In this document: one piece after another, positions 16,019 to 19,657 of the stretch
How the letters are laid out: every line of letters starts with the position of its first letter
Numbering within the stretch: position 1 is the first letter of the stretch
From: Bdellovibrionota bacterium FG-2
GTDB taxonomy: Bacteria > Bdellovibrionota > UBA1018
Direction: 5' to 3'
Length of the DNA stretch: 19,657 bases
Assembly: GCA_051382305.1 (NCBI GenBank)
Contig: JBBCAV010000141.1
Span: forward strand, 1 to 19,657
Notes under the pieces: generated by a model
What the model saw: the letters and a program-made list of their open reading frames with translations, nothing else
Databases searched by the model: none
What the model was told of the DNA's origin: nothing
Translations under genes and position numbers: made by a program

Positions 16019-17296
16019 ATGAATGACACCCTGAGGTCCCGCCGAATTCCCTCGACGAGCATCAACCTTTTTCAAAAGATTTATGTCTTGCTCAGAGAGT
16101 ACGAAGCCAAATCGGGGAAAAAGGCCTTGAATTTATCGCTTGGAAATCCCGATTCGGTCCCACCTTCAGAGGTTCTAAAACTACAGGCGGAGTTTGCACT
16201 CAAACCTGATTTTGAGCTTCACACCTATGCGGAGGATAATAACCTTAATCAGTTTTGTGAAGGAATGGTGCAGCGTTTTACGGGCGTAGAATATCGAAAC
16301 TATCCGCAGTTCAGGGCCGTTTCTATCCCTGGCATTAAAACAGCGACCGCACTGCTGCCTCTAGCTTGCGGAATGCACATGAAGGAGCGCCAAAGCTTCA
16401 ACGTTGTGACTCATATGCCCGCTTACGATGTGATGGGGACATGGAGTACTTCTTATTTGGGGGCGCAGCGAATTGTTTGGCCCCTGACGTCTCAGAGCGG
16501 AATGCGTATGGAGTTTCAGGGGCTAGTATCCGCCTTAAAAGATGCGCGTGTTGCGCGGCCTGATCTGATTTTTGTCATTCGACCCGGCAATCCTGCTTCG
16601 CAAGGGGCGCAGCGTGAAGAATGGACAATGTTGATTGAGTATTGCATCGAAAACAAAGTTCGTCTCGTGAACGATGGGGCCTATACGACGCTGGCGCCTG
16701 CAGAGAGTCATGTGCCGCTGATACAGGTCGCCAAAGATTATCCATCCCTTGAGTGGATGGAGTTGCTCAGCGTGAGCAAATCCTTTAGCGACCCCGGCGC
16801 GCGCCTTGGCGTTGCGGTGGGATCACAAGAGTTTATTGAAGACTTTATTTTGATCAAGGGAAATACCGAGTCGGGGCCGGTGCCTTCGGTGATGGCGGCT
16901 TATGGTGAGCTTTTCAAGAATGAAAACCTTTGCGAAAGGCTTTTGTCGGAACTTCTGGCGTTTTATCAAGATCGGCTAAATTATCTCATTCCTAAGCTCA
17001 AGAACGCGGGTTTCGTACAAGCGTGTGAAAGTGCGGCGGGCTTTTTTACACTATGGAAAACGCCGGATGGGGCTTATGGCATTGATGTTCGCGAAGAAGC
17101 GGTGAAGCGCGGGTTAACCCATGCAGAGTGTTTCAATCAAATGGTGATTGAGCGCTCGGGCATTGTCGGCGTGCATTTCGCGGGTCCCTACATTCGTTAT
17201 GCGGTTTGCACGGATGTCTTGAGTCCCGATTTTCAAAACAATTTTGACTTAGCTTTAGGGGATATTGCGCCCAAATATTTTTCCAAGACCTTATGA
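16019..17296 (+). CDS. PLP-dependent class I/II aminotransferase (divergent, DapL/AlaC-like)
   Basis: LSLGNPD, G.K, PAY, PGNPA, NDGAY, SVSKSFSDPGARLG (PLP Lys) and YIRYA. Confidence 0.85.
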   Translation: MNDTLRSRRIPSTSINLFQKIYVLLREYEAKSGKKALNLSLGNPDSVPPSEVLKLQAEFALKPDFELHTYAEDNNLNQFCEGMVQRFTGVEYRNYPQFRAVSIPGIKTATALLPLACGMHMKERQSFNVVTHMPAYDVMGTWSTSYLGAQRIVWPLTSQSGMRMEFQGLVSALKDARVARPDLIFVIRPGNPASQGAQREEWTMLIEYCIENKVRLVNDGAYTTLAPAESHVPLIQVAKDYPSLEWMELLSVSKSFSDPGARLGVAVGSQEFIEDFILIKGNTESGPVPSVMAAYGELFKNENLCERLLSELLAFYQDRLNYLIPKLKNAGFVQACESAAGFFTLWKTPDGAYGIDVREEAVKRGLTHAECFNQMVIERSGIVGVHFAGPYIRYAVCTDVLSPDFQNNFDLALGDIAPKYFSKTL

Positions 17297-19290
17297 AGCT
17301 GACTTAGGGTGACTGGTTTTGCCAGGTAGTCGGTCATCCCTGCAGCAAGGCACTTCTCTTGATCGCCCTGGATCGCGTTTGCGGTAAGGGCCACAATGGG
17401 GATATTTTGAAACGAGGGCGCTTGCATTTTTCGAATGCTTTGGGATGCCTCATAGCCGTCCCTCTCAGGCATTTGGCAATCCATTAAAACGAGATCAAAT
17501 TCGCTCTTGGATAGGGCACTAATGACTTCAATGCCGTTGGAGACCAGGAGACAATAGATCCCCAGTTTCTCAAGCATGGCTGCAATTACTTTCTGATTTA
17601 CCGGATTGTCTTCGGCCACCAGGATTCTTCCCTGGAGTTTACTGTACGATGGTTTTGGCGCCTGTTTTAAAAGTGAGGAGGAGAGAATTTTTTCCCCTGT
17701 TTTGAATTCGATGTTCACCGTAAGCGTCGTGCCCACCCCCACCTCACTGGTAAGAGCGATGCTACCGCCCATGAGCTCCACCAGGCGCTTGGCAATCGCA
17801 AGCCCCAAGCCCGTTCCCCCAAATTGTCGGGTGGTCGAGCTTTCCGCCTGAGTGAAGGATTGAAAAAGATTGGCTTGGACGTGCTTCGGAATCCCAACCC
17901 CGGTATCTCTAATCGTAAGTGCAAGCCCGGTTGTGGTTGGCGTATTATGAGACAGCTTGGGAAAGAACTTCAATGAAATGTGGACTCCTCCCCCATTGGT
18001 GAATTTAATGGCGTTTCCCACGAGATTATTCACGATTTGTCCAAACCGACCGCTATCCCCCAAGATCGAGGGGGCTGCGAGTGGGGCTTCCAAGTGGAGA
18101 CTAATCCCCTTCTTTTCAGCACTCAATTGAAAGGGGATAAGGAGTTCCTTTAGGAAAGAGAGCACGTCAAATTCCACCGCCTCAAGGTTCATTTTTCCCG
18201 CTTCAATTTTAGAAAAATCCAAAATGTCATTGATGATGGCGACCAAGGTGCGCCCTGAGGTAGATATGGTTTTCGCGAATTCCCGCTGCTCAGGGGAGAG
18301 GGGAGATTCCATGAGAAGATCGACCATTCCGATGATTCCGTTCATCGGGGTGCGAATTTCGTGGCTCATGTTGGCTAGGAACTCTGATTTGCTATTGCTG
18401 GCCCTGGTTTCGGCTTCTTTGGCTACTCGCAATTTGTCTTCCAAGAGCTTGCGATCAGTAATGTCAAAACGAACGGCGGCATAGCGAACTTCTTCGCCCT
18501 CCTCTTGAGGCAGGGGAAAGACGTTGGCATTCATCCAATAAAGCTGGCCGTTTTTTTGCTTATTGCAGACTTCGCCGGACCACATTTTTCCTGCGGCGAT
18601 CGTCCCCCAGAGTTCTTGATAAAATTCTTTGGGGTGCACACCTGATTTGAGAATTCGATGGTTCTGTCCCAAGAGTTCTTCTTGAGAATAGCCTGATATC
18701 TTACAAAACTTCTCGTTTGCAAAAGTGATCTGGCCATCCTTGTCGGTGATGCCGACGATGGCGGCTTGGTTGATGGCGTAGTTGATCTCATTGAGTCTTT
18801 TGCGTTCATTGTTGAGGAGATCGAGCTTGGTGTGGAGTGCTAATGAGTGGCTAACTTGCGTTGCTATGGCCCCTAACGTTTGTTTTTGTGCTTGGGTAAA
18901 CGTGCGAGTTTTTACGTCTAAAACGCACAAAGCGCCGATGGGGGGCTCCTGATTATTTTCGGAATCACTGAAAATGGGAGCAAGCGAGAGCGATCGAATA
19001 CCGGGAGCATTTAAGACGAGCGCATCTTTGCGGAAAAGGGGATCTTCAAGCGTGTCTTCGATAATGGCGAGTTCGGCTTGTCTGGCTGAAAAGTCGTAAA
19101 GAACGGATTTCTCGGGCAGCTCAGTGACTTTAATTCCGAAGGCGGCAGTGGGGATATTCGCTGAGTCGTGCCGAAGTAAAATGAGGGCGAGCGGCGTGTT
19201 CATTGCTTGGGCTGCAATAAGTGCGAGGTTCCCAAGATCGCGGTCTTTGTCTTCTCTAATGTTTTCTAGGTGTTTACCAGGACGGTTCAT
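17233..19290 (-). CDS. Cytoplasmic hybrid sensor histidine kinase (GAF-PAS-HisKA-HATPase-REC)
   Basis: GAF (IGALCVLD), PAS ([25 protein letters not shown]), H-box [17 protein letters not shown]1/G2 boxes, and receiver AEDN...MDCQMP...KP. No TM segment. Confidence 0.95.
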   Translation of the reverse strand: MNRPGKHLENIREDKDRDLGNLALIAAQAMNTPLALILLRHDSANIPTAAFGIKVTELPEKSVLYDFSARQAELAIIEDTLEDPLFRKDALVLNAPGIRSLSLAPIFSDSENNQEPPIGALCVLDVKTRTFTQAQKQTLGAIATQVSHSLALHTKLDLLNNERKRLNEINYAINQAAIVGITDKDGQITFANEKFCKISGYSQEELLGQNHRILKSGVHPKEFYQELWGTIAAGKMWSGEVCNKQKNGQLYWMNANVFPLPQEEGEEVRYAAVRFDITDRKLLEDKLRVAKEAETRASNSKSEFLANMSHEIRTPMNGIIGMVDLLMESPLSPEQREFAKTISTSGRTLVAIINDILDFSKIEAGKMNLEAVEFDVLSFLKELLIPFQLSAEKKGISLHLEAPLAAPSILGDSGRFGQIVNNLVGNAIKFTNGGGVHISLKFFPKLSHNTPTTTGLALTIRDTGVGIPKHVQANLFQSFTQAESSTTRQFGGTGLGLAIAKRLVELMGGSIALTSEVGVGTTLTVNIEFKTGEKILSSSLLKQAPKPSYSKLQGRILVAEDNPVNQKVIAAMLEKLGIYCLLVSNGIEVISALSKSEFDLVLMDCQMPERDGYEASQSIRKMQAPSFQNIPIVALTANAIQGDQEKCLAAGMTDYLAKPVTLSQLHKVLEKYLGAISPKAKSKLF

Positions 19291-19366
19291 GATCTTGGAC
19301 TCATTATGGGGGGATTAAAGAGAAAAGTATATGCGTTTTCTGCAGGACTGCTATAAGGAGAGTTCT

Positions 19367-19657
19367 ATGAACATTTTGAAAAAGAAAACAGGTCTTGGCT
19401 GTTTGTTTCTCGCTTCAATACTTACGACGGCTTTGATGGCAGCTACGTTCTCTACTGACGCGTTGGCTCGGGCCGGTGGCGGAAGGTCCTTCGGTGGGCG
19501 AGGGGCACGTAGTTTCAGCGCGCCTGCGCGCTCGGCTCCTTCTCAGCCCTACCAGCAAGCGCGTCCCCAGCAAAATCAGCCGTTTTCCCAACCGGGCCAA
19601 CCCATGGGAGGCGGCGGTGGTTTCATGAGGGGGATGGCAGGCGGATTGGTCGGGGGA
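19367..19657 (+). CDS. 5' part of a probable Tim44-domain protein, running off the window
   Basis: Absent from the ORF track because it has no stop. AAGGAG RBS, then MNILKKK...DALARAGGGRSFGGRGARSFSAP...GGGGFMRGMAGGLVGG, the typical N-terminus of bacterial Tim44-like proteins. Confidence 0.8.
   Translation, partial: MNILKKKTGLGCLFLASILTTALMAATFSTDALARAGGGRSFGGRGARSFSAPARSAPSQPYQQARPQQNQPFSQPGQPMGGGGGFMRGMAGGLVGG

Overview
Bacterial chromosomal window, densely coding, roughly 50% GC by eye. The gene mix suggests Bdellovibrionota/Oligoflexia or a related deltaproteobacterial lineage (inference). Left to right: the probable right end of an IS-like element that truncates a CheY-type response regulator; a minus-strand operon tolC-macA-macB-SprT/DUF2786 protease-cheY, with macB split by one extra base in a G8 tract; a divergent GT87/DUF2029-like glycosyltransferase overlapping a CHASE2 adenylate cyclase; a stand-alone HUH/Y1 (RAYT/IS200-like) tyrosine transposase preceded by a GTAG-footed REP-like hairpin; thiL; an outer-membrane beta-barrel protein; a POT-like MFS transporter with a membrane-anchored ankyrin protein; two head-to-head class I/II PLP aminotransferases; a GAF-PAS hybrid histidine kinase; and the 5' end of a probable Tim44-domain protein. 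I saw no rRNA, tRNA or CRISPR array. The best leads are the HUH nuclease locus (REP-like hairpin plus a 16-nt exact match inside thiL), the unclassified IS-like junction in cheY, and the macB frameshift site.
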